From Pirellulaceae bacterium (lineage in GTDB: Bacteria > Planctomycetota > Planctomycetia > Pirellulales > Pirellulaceae): DNA of 64,000 nt. The stretch lies in assembly GCA_965216885.1 (NCBI GenBank), contig OZ244208.1, forward strand, positions 730,848 through 794,847, given 5' to 3'. How positions within the stretch are numbered: position 1 is the stretch's first letter; every line of letters starts with the position of its first letter. A program made the translations under genes and the position numbers. Shown in pieces: positions 1 through 9,148 of the stretch. The notes beneath the pieces are model-generated. The model was not told the origin of the DNA and searched no databases. It worked only from the letters and a program-made list of their open reading frames with translations.

Positions 1-851
1 AGCAAATCACTGAGAGAAATGCACAAGAAAACTCCTGCGGATGCCGACAGCAGGCAACCGAGCCAGAATCCCCCGCTTGCGAGCGGCGGCCAGTAGACCG
101 CTGCCAATGCACCCAAAAGGCACATCAAACCAAAGCAGGCGTTGGCCAACTGGATTGATCGCCACGAGCGGTTTTCGGCCGCCATGAGTGTCGATAGCGA
201 GAGTGCATCCAGCGGCTTGTGTAGCAAAATCGCCAGATATACACCGAAGCCCGCCGGTGCAATGGCGCCACTATGGCTATGGTGCGACTCGTGTAGTACC
301 GCGGCCCCTAACGCGATTCCATCCATAAAGGTATGGAGCCCCAGCCCGAAGATCACGCCCAGCCACCCCAGTCTTGTCGGGCGCCATTCCTGACTGTGAT
401 CATCGTGCGAGCAGTTCTCGTGTCCGTGTGAATGTCCGTCGTGAGAATGCCCACCGTGTTCGGCGTCGTCGTCCCCGACGGCATGCTGATGAAAATGAAA
501 GGCTCGCATCAGAAAAAACGTGAACATCAAACCGACCACCATCGCAATCATGGCATAGTCGATACTTTCGATCGCGGTTCGCAAAGATCCGGCTGTGGAG
601 AGCGTGTCAACGTTGGGGGACGTGGCCCGCGCGTCAGCGATCTCGCTCCGGACTGCATGCTCATGGATTTCAGCAAAACCGTGTGGTAGCAGCAGAAACA
701 CTGAGACACCCAGCATCATGCCGCCAACAAAACTGAGCACCAGCTGCATGCGCACATGGTTCATGCGGATGATCTGCGGCAGATATCCACCCAGCATGGC
801 GCTCGCGACAATCGTGATGCCGTAGGCGATAAGTAAGAGTGTGGGGGACAT
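1..851 (-). CDS. ZIP-family (ZupT-like) divalent metal transporter with a His-rich cytoplasmic loop; the 3' end runs off the window edge
   Basis: Manual reverse-complement translation from the ATG at 851..849 gives MSPTLLLIAYGITIVASAMLGGYLPQ...HTFMDGIALGAAV...LHKPLDALS with no stop down to position 1. The ORF is absent from the ORF track, probably because it has no stop inside the window. It has ZIP-like motifs and an HSHDGHSHGHE metal-binding loop. Confidence 0.6.
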   Translation of the reverse strand, partial: MSPTLLLIAYGITIVASAMLGGYLPQIIRMNHVRMQLVLSFVGGMMLGVSVFLLLPHGFAEIHEHAVRSEIADARATSPNVDTLSTAGSLRTAIESIDYAMIAMVVGLMFTFFLMRAFHFHQHAVGDDDAEHGGHSHDGHSHGHENCSHDDHSQEWRPTRLGWLGVIFGLGLHTFMDGIALGAAVLHESHHSHSGAIAPAGFGVYLAILLHKPLDALSLSTLMAAENRSWRSIQLANACFGLMCLLGALAAVYWPPLASGGFWLGCLLSASAGVFLCISLSDL

Positions 852-1018
852 GGTGCGGGCAAATCAGCTAAATGAAGGCAATCGCCGAGTATCCCAGTTT
901 CGTAGGACGGGCATAAGTGGACTCGGCTGTGAATGTTTGCGTCGCCCGCGACTTGCGGTGCACCGCCGCTAGTTTTCGACGTGCACTTACCTTGGGGGTT
1001 TCCGCCCGGTGCTTCCTC

Positions 1019-1777
1019 TTACTTCGCTGCTGAGGTCGACTTCGGCTTCTTCGTGAAGCAGACGATGACGCTCTCTGATTCCGTTCCGGGCATGGGATAA
1101 CTCTTGACACACCGAAGGTCAAGTTCCGAAACAAGCCCCAGGTGGCGAGCCTCCTTGCGCTCCTCAACCCATCTAGGGCCCTTGATCAACAGCAACCGAT
1201 CAAAGGAAGTCCAGTAGGGATTCACCCACCGAAGAATCTTGGACATGGGTCCGACGGCTCGAGCCATCAATACCTCGAAGCGAGGCCCCTGCCCTTTTCG
1301 CTTGCGCAACAGATCCTGAACACGGGCGTTGATAACGCGTGTCTTCAGATCCAGTTTCTGAATCATGTCCACCAGCGTCTTCGTTTTCTTCTCGATGGAC
1401 TCGCAGAGCGTCATGCGGATGTCCGGCCTGAGGATTGCGACCAGTATGCCCGGCACACCACCTCCGGAACCAAAATCGAGCACACGTTCCTTGTGCTCGA
1501 GACATTCTGCCAAATGCATCGAGTCCACGACGTCCCGAGCGACGAAGGTGTCGTAATCCAGATGCCGGGTCAGATTCAACTGCTCGTTCCATGCCCACAG
1601 CATGTGACAGTACTTCTCTGTCAGGGCCGTTTGTTCCGGCGTCAGGGTGATGGAATGTTTTTCCAGCGCTTCGTGGAGATTCGCAGACACTTGGATAGTA
1701 AGTCTTCTGTTATGGATTCTGGTGAGCCGCCATGACGGCTGTGATTTGGTCGCCGAGTGATACCGCCGAGCCTTCAT
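1019..1777 (-). CDS. rsmG: 16S rRNA m7G527 methyltransferase RsmG (GidB)
   Basis: LDFGSGGGVPGI is the SAM-binding motif. LTPEQ..LWAWNEQLNLTRH aligns with the RsmG N-terminal helix. The start is ambiguous: the ORF extends to 1873, and I chose the internal Met at 1777. Confidence 0.75.
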   Translation of the reverse strand: MKARRYHSATKSQPSWRLTRIHNRRLTIQVSANLHEALEKHSITLTPEQTALTEKYCHMLWAWNEQLNLTRHLDYDTFVARDVVDSMHLAECLEHKERVLDFGSGGGVPGILVAILRPDIRMTLCESIEKKTKTLVDMIQKLDLKTRVINARVQDLLRKRKGQGPRFEVLMARAVGPMSKILRWVNPYWTSFDRLLLIKGPRWVEERKEARHLGLVSELDLRCVKSYPMPGTESESVIVCFTKKPKSTSAAK

Positions 1778-1996
1778 GATGTCGGCGAAGCAGTGTGCCG
1801 CCATACGGGTTGCAATTTCGTGGGCGTCGCGAGCGCAGTCCGGTAGTCTCACGGGAAGATGGCTGCAGTGCAAGCGGTCATGGTTGACTTTGCCGGTTGC
1901 GAAGTTTTTGTGGATTCCGCAGGGCTGGGGGACGATATCCCAGATGTGCCGCCGCGCAAGGTCTGCGGCTCAGAAATGAATTGCAAGGAAGCTACC

Positions 1997-3016
1997 ATGA
2001 CATCCCACATCAAAATCGGCCTCCTTACCGCGCTCGCGGCGCTGCTCAGCAGCGGTTGTTGCCTGACTACTTCGTGTGGCGTTGGCGGAGTCGGTTGTGG
2101 AATCGCTCCCGGTGCTGCCAGCTGCGGAGCGGCAGGTTACGGAGCTGCCCCCGGCTGTGGAGCTGCCCCCGGCTGTGGAGCTGCCCCCGGCTGTGGAGTT
2201 GCCGCCGACTGCGGTGGCTGTGATAGTTGCGGCGGAGGCCCCGTCATCCCGTGTCGATCTGGTCAACACGGAGGATGTTTGGGTCTGAAGTGCATCGGCA
2301 AACTGTTCAACATCGCCAGCTATGGATGCCTTTCCGGTTGCGGAGGCGGCTGCGGTGGCGGCTGTGGCGAAACTTACTATCACGACTGGATCAGCGATCC
2401 GCCCTGCCCCGATCCTTGCGATGGCTGCGGAAACTGGAATGGTGCCGGGTCCTGTGCTGGTGGAGCTTGTGGTTCTGGCGTCGGTGCGGTTGGCTGTGGC
2501 GTCAGTTCATGCGGTGGCGGATGTGCCGACGGCTGTGCGGTTGGACCAGCGCCCGGATGCGGAGCGGCCATGCCAGCGATGGGCTGCGGAGTCAGCATGC
2601 ACGGTGGAGGGCGCACTGCGTTTTCTCTACCCGGCCGAGCACTCTATTCGACATGGATGGGAATGGGTGGTGTCCTGCGAGGTATTCGCTATGGCTTCCT
2701 GCCAACATGCCGTTCGTGCAACGCGTTTAGCACCTCGGATTACTGCGGCGGCTGTGCCGGTGGCATGAGTGTCGCTGGGCCATCATGCGGTTGTGCGGGA
2801 GTCACGATGGACGGTTGCAGTAGTTGCGGAGTTGCTTCGACCGGAACGGTCGTCCATTCCAACGTCGTGCATCACGGTGGTTCGAATCAGTTTGCTACCG
2901 GCCAACTTGCTTCACATCAGCTTTCGCCAGGCAGAGTGCCACATCAGGTAACTCGTCAGATTCGCACAGCTCATGGTCGTCCGCCGCACAAAGTCGTTGC
3001 GGATCGTATGCGATAG
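1997..3016 (+). CDS. Cys/Gly-rich secreted lipoprotein (about 50 Cys) with GCGAAPGC tandem repeats; possibly metal-binding
   Basis: The RBS AAGGAA sits upstream of the ATG at 1997. The signal peptide ends in the lipobox LSSGC. The body is extreme low-complexity CG-rich sequence with a GCGAAPGC x3 nucleotide repeat at about 2150-2210. The reported ORF start at 1859 is probably an upstream extension. Confidence 0.6.
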   Translation: MTSHIKIGLLTALAALLSSGCCLTTSCGVGGVGCGIAPGAASCGAAGYGAAPGCGAAPGCGAAPGCGVAADCGGCDSCGGGPVIPCRSGQHGGCLGLKCIGKLFNIASYGCLSGCGGGCGGGCGETYYHDWISDPPCPDPCDGCGNWNGAGSCAGGACGSGVGAVGCGVSSCGGGCADGCAVGPAPGCGAAMPAMGCGVSMHGGGRTAFSLPGRALYSTWMGMGGVLRGIRYGFLPTCRSCNAFSTSDYCGGCAGGMSVAGPSCGCAGVTMDGCSSCGVASTGTVVHSNVVHHGGSNQFATGQLASHQLSPGRVPHQVTRQIRTAHGRPPHKVVADRMR

Positions 3017-3053
3017 ACTGTGTTGCTCGCGTCTACTGTTTGTCGACGCAGCT

Positions 3054-3827
3054 CTAGCGGCTTCTGACGCCAGTCCATTCGCGGAACACAATCTGTGGGA
3101 AGATGACTGCGCCGGCGGCGTATCTTCGGGCCAGTCGACGCGGTTCCGAAGCGACCCGGTGTATCCATTCAAGTCCGGTGCGACGCATCCACACGGGCGC
3201 CTGTGGTTTCTCGCCGGCAAGAAAATCGATGGTTGCTCCAACGCAGAAGAGTGTTTTTGCCTTGATGCGATCCCGGAAGCGATGTGTCCACAGTTCCTGT
3301 TTGGGAGCTCCGACGCCAAACACAAGGACGTCCGGTCGAGCTTCTTCGATACGTTGCAGGATTGCCTCGCATTCCTGCTCGTCATTCTCGAACCCAAATG
3401 GCGGACTGTAGGTGCCCGCGATTGTCAGGCCGGGCCAGTCGCGGTCAATTCGTCGAGCGGCTTTCACGGCGACGCCCGGCATCGCGCCTAACAGGTAGAC
3501 TCGAGCGCCCTTTTCACGTCTCTGCAGTTCGTCGAAGAGCGCGGGAATCAGTTCGGAACCGGCCACACGTTCCGGCAGCGGTTTACCCAGCCATTTGGAT
3601 GCCACGATCAACGGAAAACCATCTGCGAGCACCATGGCGGCTGATTTATAGGCTTCCATCAACTGCTGGTTTTCTTGCAGCATGACCACATGGTCGACAT
3701 TGGGTGTGACGACGTAGCGGCATTGCTCGGCGTTGTCTTCGTCGATCCATGACACGAGTTGTTGAACGGCGCCCTGCATATCGAGGGAGTCAATTTCAAC
3801 ATCAAATAGTGAAATACGTTCGCGCAT
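3054..3827 (-). CDS. WecB/TagA/CpsF-family glycosyltransferase (N-acetylmannosaminyltransferase-like)
   Basis: The full-length translation has the family-typical YLLGA..G, FGVGAPKQE.W and WIHRV motifs. Confidence 0.8.
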   Translation of the reverse strand: MRERISLFDVEIDSLDMQGAVQQLVSWIDEDNAEQCRYVVTPNVDHVVMLQENQQLMEAYKSAAMVLADGFPLIVASKWLGKPLPERVAGSELIPALFDELQRREKGARVYLLGAMPGVAVKAARRIDRDWPGLTIAGTYSPPFGFENDEQECEAILQRIEEARPDVLVFGVGAPKQELWTHRFRDRIKAKTLFCVGATIDFLAGEKPQAPVWMRRTGLEWIHRVASEPRRLARRYAAGAVIFPQIVFREWTGVRSR

Positions 3828-3888
3828 CTTTGTTCCGTCTTTCCGTTTGGTCCGTCTTTCCGTTTGTTCCGTTTATTCGCGAGTCCGT

Positions 3889-5511
3889 TTAGTCGGCCTG
3901 ATTGGACGACTTCATCAATTGCGCGAGATGGTCCAGCGACTGGGTGCTCTGGTCGTGGGTGCCACCGCCACAAGATTCCGCGACCGTTTCGACCGTGTGG
4001 AGCTGCAGCGCGGCGGGGGTGTCCTGTTCGTCGGAAGCCCGTGGATTGGTGAGCTCCCGTAGGCGACGGTCAGGGTCTTGACCATCGTCGGACGCACGAC
4101 GTTTGGGAACATCCGTTTTTCTACGTCCAGCTCGATTCGCTTCCTGCCAGGGTGCAATGAGGTAGACGAGGCTGAGCCCCAACAGAAGGCCACCGAACGT
4201 ACTACCGAGGACCACGATCTTTGAGCCAGGCCCGACCGGGCGGGTGCCGGCGATGGGCGCGTCGAGTCGGGTGATCAGGCTGGCCGCAAGCGCGGCACTC
4301 TGGCGGCCTCGACCTTCGGCAACAGCGACGCTGGCCAGTCGAAGTTGCTCTCTTCGTTGTTCGACTTTCGCAGTCAGATTCGCGTAGGGTGCCCGTTGGC
4401 GGGCCAATTCATCGAGTCGCGTTTGAACTTCCCGCAGCTTCTTACCGAGCGAATTCCTCAGTTGGCGGTTCACGATCATCTGGGCTTTACTGGTGGCAAT
4501 GGCGTTACGGGCTTCCCGCAGTAGCTGCTGCTTGATGTTCTCTTCGTTGAGACGCGCCGCCTGCACGCGTGGGTGCTGTTCGGTCATTCCGCCGCTGAGT
4601 CGTGCCGTTCGCAGTTGAGCGTCGACAAAACCATCCTTGAGGCGGCTGAGAGCTGGTTGGACTTCCAATAGCTGCTGGGGAGTTGCCAGAATCGCGTCCG
4701 GATCGTCACCGATCTTCATGAGCAATTCGATCAGCTTGGATTGGGTTTCGACCTGGCCTTCCGCCTGACGCATTTCGATTTTGATCTGGGTAAGCGAGCG
4801 ACGAAGGTTGCTGTCGCCCGAACCGGCGGTGACCAGCGTCCGCATCTCGCCAAGGTCGGCTCCAAGAGAACCTTCCATCTTTGAAAGCTCTCTGGTGGCT
4901 TCGTCCAGCGTGTTTTGTGCCAGCTCCTGTTTCTGTTCGAGTTCAGCAATGATGCTGGTCGCGTGTTCGTTACGCAGCTCTTTCATGCGTGCATCAAGCT
5001 GATCGCAGACCGCATTGGTGAGTCCCACGGCGCGTTCTGGCGAGCTGGATGTGACCGACAGGTAGATGACTTCGCTGGTGCCAAACTCCGTGCCCTTCGG
5101 CGCGGAGACACTGATGTCTTTAAGGAAGCTCTCAACGTCCTTGTCGGTCAGCGGTTTCTTGGAGTTCTTCTTTTCCGGGCCTACCGTCTCCATCGCCGTG
5201 CGTGCAACGTTGGGGTTCTTGGCGATCTGCAGGATCGTCTCCAGTGATCGCTTTAGCAGGTCATTGCTGTCGAAGCGGCCCAGCGGTGTACCCGAGCCCA
5301 TGCCCAGTTCGCCTATCGCTTCGTCGCGAACAACCAGCGCCTGCGAGGCTTCCCACGAGTCCTCCTTTGTGACTGCATACAGAAGCCCAACAACCATGAA
5401 GACAACTGTTGGTGTCACCCAGAGCAGTCTGTTTGTCTTGAGTGCGTTGATGATCTTGTCGAAATCAACAAGACGTTTGAGACCTGTTCGCCGTTCGTAA
5501 GGTGTCGACAT
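3889..5511 (-). CDS. Polysaccharide co-polymerase / chain-length determinant (Wzz/GumC-like)
   Basis: An N-terminal TM helix, a long coiled-coil periplasmic region and a second TM near the C-terminus (VVLGSTFGGLLLGLSLVYLIA) give the PCP topology. It is adjacent to the glycosyltransferase. Confidence 0.7.
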   Translation of the reverse strand: MSTPYERRTGLKRLVDFDKIINALKTNRLLWVTPTVVFMVVGLLYAVTKEDSWEASQALVVRDEAIGELGMGSGTPLGRFDSNDLLKRSLETILQIAKNPNVARTAMETVGPEKKNSKKPLTDKDVESFLKDISVSAPKGTEFGTSEVIYLSVTSSSPERAVGLTNAVCDQLDARMKELRNEHATSIIAELEQKQELAQNTLDEATRELSKMEGSLGADLGEMRTLVTAGSGDSNLRRSLTQIKIEMRQAEGQVETQSKLIELLMKIGDDPDAILATPQQLLEVQPALSRLKDGFVDAQLRTARLSGGMTEQHPRVQAARLNEENIKQQLLREARNAIATSKAQMIVNRQLRNSLGKKLREVQTRLDELARQRAPYANLTAKVEQRREQLRLASVAVAEGRGRQSAALAASLITRLDAPIAGTRPVGPGSKIVVLGSTFGGLLLGLSLVYLIAPWQEANRAGRRKTDVPKRRASDDGQDPDRRLRELTNPRASDEQDTPAALQLHTVETVAESCGGGTHDQSTQSLDHLAQLMKSSNQAD

Positions 5512-5759
5512 GCGTCATCCGCTTAGGGCCGGGCAGCAAAAAATGGCAGACTTCTGACATCGAAGACTGCCGTTCGCTAAAAGGATAGGACGCAGGAAGC
5601 CGGCAAGAATGGCTCAGCGGAAGAAGCCGAAACACTGTTGCTTCGGTTGTTGTGGTTGTAGTGATCGGATGAGTTAATTGTCGGCCAATCGCGACAAATA
5701 GCATATGAATTGAGGGATCGCAGTATTGAGAACGGGCAGAGGGACGCCCGTCAGACTAC

Positions 5760-6535
5760 GCTCCGAAGACCTCGGACACGGTTCGGCGGGAGCCTCACCC
5801 TCCCGCGCCGAATTCCCCGAGCAGCGGCATGCACGGGAGGGCGAGGCTCCCGCCGCGCCTGGAATCAAACATGACGTTGCCTCGTATACGGTTCGGCAGG
5901 AGCCTCACCCTCCCGCGCCGAATTCCCCGAGCAGCGGCATGCACGGGAGGGCGAGGCTCCCGCCGAGCCTGGAATCAAACATGACGTTGCCTCGTATACG
6001 GTTCGGCAGGAGCCTCACCCTCCCGCGCCGAATTCCCCGAAGCGGCATGCACGGGAGGGCGAGGCTCCCGCCGAGCCTGGAATCAAGCATGACGTCGCCT
6101 CGTATACGGTTCGGCGGGAGCCTCACCCTCCCGCGCCGAATTCCCCGAGCAGCGGCATGCACGGGAGGGCGAGGCTCCCGCCGCGCCTGGAATCAAACAT
6201 GACGTTGCCTCGTATACGGTTCGGCAGGAGCCTCACCCTCCCGCGCCGAATTCCCCGAGCAGCGGCATGCACGGGAGGGCGAGGCTCCCGCCGAGCCTGG
6301 AATCAAACATGACGTTGCCTCGTATACGGTTCGGCAGGAGCCTCACCCTCCCGCGCCGAATTCCCCGAGCAGCGGCATGCACGGGAGGGCGAGGCTCCCG
6401 CCGAGCCTGGAATCAAGCATGACGTCGCCTCGTATACGGTTCGGCCGGAGCCTCACCCTCCCGCGCCAGGAATCAAACATGACGTTGCCTCGTATACGGT
6501 TCGGCCGGAGCCTCACCCTCCCGCGCCGTCCGCAA
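5760..6535. repeat. Tandem array of about 6 full 110-bp GC-rich repeat units (108-bp variant included) plus 2 truncated copies of about 62 bp; each unit carries an imperfect 18-bp inverted repeat
   Basis: Units begin at 5780, 5890, 6000, 6108, 6218, 6328 and 6438. Each contains the arms GGGAGCCTCACCCTCCCG and CGGGAGGGCGAGGCTCCC separated by about 28 nt. The arms pair perfectly (with one G-U) only in the minus-strand transcript. Confidence 0.9.
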
Positions 6536-6558
6536 GTCGCGGCGATGGGAGAGAATCC

Positions 6559-7053
6559 CTACTTGATGTCGCTGCCCGCCGGCTTGTCGTAGCTGCGGGC
6601 CACGCGACGCAGTTCATGCGCCGTGCGACGCAACTGATCCGCGTTCTCGTACTGCCGCAGCGCTTCGATGTCGTTGGCAATGCGATCCAGAATTGCACCG
6701 TGAGTCCGCATCGTCTTTACCAGTTCCGGCGACGACATTCGCGTTGGCGTCGCGGGTACCGAACCCGATGGACCCTTCTGGGCTTTTAGTCCCAGTTTCG
6801 AACGCAGCTCTGCATTGAAAATCTGATCCGCTTCTTCGACGTTCCCGTCGAGTACTGTGCCGCGAAGCACGCTGCCGCCCATGCGTTTCTTGAGCTGTTC
6901 GATCTCAAGGAGTTCCTGTTCGTTGGTAGACGAATCTTCCAAGCCAACGTTCCCGGAGTCTCCCGTGAATGCGGTCGATGCGAATGCGGCCAGAACCGCG
7001 ACGCCGATCGAGCGGATCACGAATGAGCGGACAGCGTTGAATTGCGATGACAT
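6559..7053 (-). CDS. Secreted hypothetical protein (signal peptide plus coiled-coil)
   Basis: Hydrophobic N-terminal signal sequence; no recognisable domain. Confidence 0.5.
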   Translation of the reverse strand: MSSQFNAVRSFVIRSIGVAVLAAFASTAFTGDSGNVGLEDSSTNEQELLEIEQLKKRMGGSVLRGTVLDGNVEEADQIFNAELRSKLGLKAQKGPSGSVPATPTRMSSPELVKTMRTHGAILDRIANDIEALRQYENADQLRRTAHELRRVARSYDKPAGSDIK

Positions 7054-7128
7054 CGATTGAGCCTCCTTGCGTTTCGCGGATTATAGGAGGTCGAAGTCGG
7101 GGGCCCCAACACCAGTCTGACCATGGGG

Positions 7129-8892
7129 CTACGCGGTATCGAGAATCACCAGGTCGGGTGCGATTTCCCGCATACGATCGGACATGAAGCGTTTGACGTT
7201 GGCGGTCGTCTTCAGGCGTAGAGCCTGTTGGAAAATGCCCTCGGCCATCTCGACGGTCAGCTTTGCAGCCAGTTGTTTGGTCGTGGGCACGAAAGCCGGG
7301 CTCATGCTGAACTGCCGCAATCCCATGCCCATCAGCAGTACGAAGGCGCGCGGCTGGCCGGCCATTTCGCCGCAAAGCGTCACGGGTTTGCCAGCTTTAT
7401 TGCAGGCTCGGATTACACCACCAAGAACACGGAGCACTGGTGGGCTGAGCGGCTGACAGAGGTGGCTTACTTTGGGATTGTCGCGGTCAGCTGCCATCAG
7501 ATATTGCACGAGGTCGTTGGAGCCAATCGATACGAAATCAACGACGTCCAGCATCAGGTCGATGGCAACCGCTGCGGCAGGAACCTCCAGCATGAGACCG
7601 ACGGGGACTTCGGAAAAGGACTTTCCTTCCGTGCCAAGCTTCCGACCGGCGCGGCGAACGAACGAGCGAACGCGGCGCATTTCCTCAAGGGTTGTGATCA
7701 TGGGGAACATCAGCTTGACCCCGCCACCCAGCTTCTCGGCATAGGATGCTGCCCGCAGGATGGCCCGCACCTGGGTCTCGAAAAACTCCGGATGTTCGAA
7801 GGACAGACGAATGCTCCTCCATCCCATGAACGGATTGGCTTCCTGATGCCGGCCGAGATAAGGAATTGTCTTGTCGCCGCCGATGTCGAGTGTCCGTATG
7901 GTGACGTTGTGATCGGGGCTCGCATCAATGATGTCCCGGTAGGCTGCCAGCTGCTCTTCTTCGTCGGGTACATCCTCGTGCGTCAGGTAGAGATATTCGG
8001 TGCGGTACAGCCCGACACCCGATGCGCCCATGGCACCCGCGGCCAGCGCATCCTGGGCGTGATTGATATTTGCGAGCAACCGTAACGGTTCGCCGTCTTT
8101 CGTGACGGCCGGTTGATCGCGGTTTTCGGCCAGTTGGTCGCGGAGGTGGAAGAATTCCCGTTCGAGTTTACGATACGCTGCCAGCGCTTCGGCGTCGGGG
8201 TTGACGATGACGTGACCCTCGCGTCCGTCGACGACAATGACGTCGCCGGTCTTGACGTTCTTCAGGACACCCACAACGCCACTGACCGCGGGGATACCAC
8301 GGCTCCGCGCGATGATGGCGGCATGGCTGGTTTGGCTTCCCCGCTGGGTCACAATGCCACGAACTTCGGTATCTCCCAACGCGACGGCCTGCGAGGGCAG
8401 GAGTTCGTCGACGCAGATAATCAGTGGTCCATCCAGCGGCGGAGCGACTTCCGGTCTGAGGACGTCCGACAGGTGTGCGCTCAGTCGCACGACGACATCC
8501 CGCACGTCAGCGAGTCGTTCACGAATGTAGTCGTCCGCAGTCGCGCCAAACATGGCCGCGTAGTCGTCCAGCAGTTTCTGCAAGGCGGCCTGTGCCTGAA
8601 TGCGATCTTTGACGATCCACTGCCTGACCTTTTTGGTGAATGCGGTATCGCGCAGAATCGAGCGGTGGGTTTGGAAGATCGCGGCCTCTTCGGGGCCAAC
8701 CTGCTTTTCGACCTTCCGTTGAAGGTTGCGCAGTTCGCTGCTGACCTTGTCTCGCGCGGACTCGTACCTCGCTAATTCTGCGGTTATTTCCTTGTCCACA
8801 AGGCGTTTCGTGTCCGGATCCACGAATATCTCGTGAATGCAATAAGCCGTTCCAACGGCGACTCCGGGAGATACTGCCAAGCCTTTTCTCAT
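7129..8892 (-). CDS. ptsI: Phosphoenolpyruvate-protein phosphotransferase (PTS Enzyme I)
   Basis: The N-terminus is SPGVAVG, the active-site His lies in GSQTSHAAIIARSRGIPAV, and a PEP-utilising TIM-barrel C-terminus follows. Length 587 aa. Confidence 0.9.
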   Translation of the reverse strand: MRKGLAVSPGVAVGTAYCIHEIFVDPDTKRLVDKEITAELARYESARDKVSSELRNLQRKVEKQVGPEEAAIFQTHRSILRDTAFTKKVRQWIVKDRIQAQAALQKLLDDYAAMFGATADDYIRERLADVRDVVVRLSAHLSDVLRPEVAPPLDGPLIICVDELLPSQAVALGDTEVRGIVTQRGSQTSHAAIIARSRGIPAVSGVVGVLKNVKTGDVIVVDGREGHVIVNPDAEALAAYRKLEREFFHLRDQLAENRDQPAVTKDGEPLRLLANINHAQDALAAGAMGASGVGLYRTEYLYLTHEDVPDEEEQLAAYRDIIDASPDHNVTIRTLDIGGDKTIPYLGRHQEANPFMGWRSIRLSFEHPEFFETQVRAILRAASYAEKLGGGVKLMFPMITTLEEMRRVRSFVRRAGRKLGTEGKSFSEVPVGLMLEVPAAAVAIDLMLDVVDFVSIGSNDLVQYLMAADRDNPKVSHLCQPLSPPVLRVLGGVIRACNKAGKPVTLCGEMAGQPRAFVLLMGMGLRQFSMSPAFVPTTKQLAAKLTVEMAEGIFQQALRLKTTANVKRFMSDRMREIAPDLVILDTA

Positions 8893-9148
8893 GTGGGCAA
8901 TTTAGCAGACACGTGCCACCCAGTGTTTCGATTGATTTCCGCCTTCCTGACCAAAATGATGCCGCCAGATGGGGCGCTAACTAATCCCCGCAGGAACTAA
9001 TGGCGCTCGTAGCTGTCCCGTTCGACGTTGCTCGTCTGGACAGAGGGCCCTGGATTCTGGTAAAGCCTTGCCGACAGTAGCCTTAGTTCGGTTGAGCAGG
9101 ATAGGGCTTGGCGATATACTCCGCAGTTTACGCGCGACATCGAGTACT

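Noticed and set aside
1859-1996. N-terminal 46-aa extension of the Cys-rich ORF as reported (start 1859)
   Set aside because: The downstream ATG at 1997 has an AAGGAA RBS and begins a textbook lipoprotein signal peptide. The upstream part overlaps the rsmG start region.
2076-2951. Alternative-frame ORFs across the Cys-rich gene (1897-2223, 2227-2730, 2322-2768, 1970-2383(-), 2380-2616(-))
   Set aside because: They are artefacts of the extremely GC-rich repetitive codons (Arg/Leu/Trp-rich or Ala/Thr/Ser-rich nonsense) and are mutually overlapping.
5760-6535. Possible CRISPR array
   Set aside because: The whole 110-bp unit repeats near-identically with no unique spacers; the period and the internal hairpin do not fit the CRISPR repeat-spacer architecture; there are no cas genes in the window.
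5726-6592. ORFs 5726-6202(+), 5905-6162(-) and 6377-6592(+), with repetitive translations (MHGRARLPPSLES... repeated)
   Set aside because: They lie entirely within the 110-bp tandem repeat and their peptide repeats simply mirror the DNA repeat. There is no start context, and the hairpin structure argues for RNA or DNA-level function.
7228-8775. Long plus-strand ORFs 7228-8085 and 8113-8775 antisense to ptsI
   Set aside because: ptsI on the minus strand has unambiguous full-length Enzyme I motifs; the antisense ORFs have no recognisable domains and are typical high-GC antisense frames.
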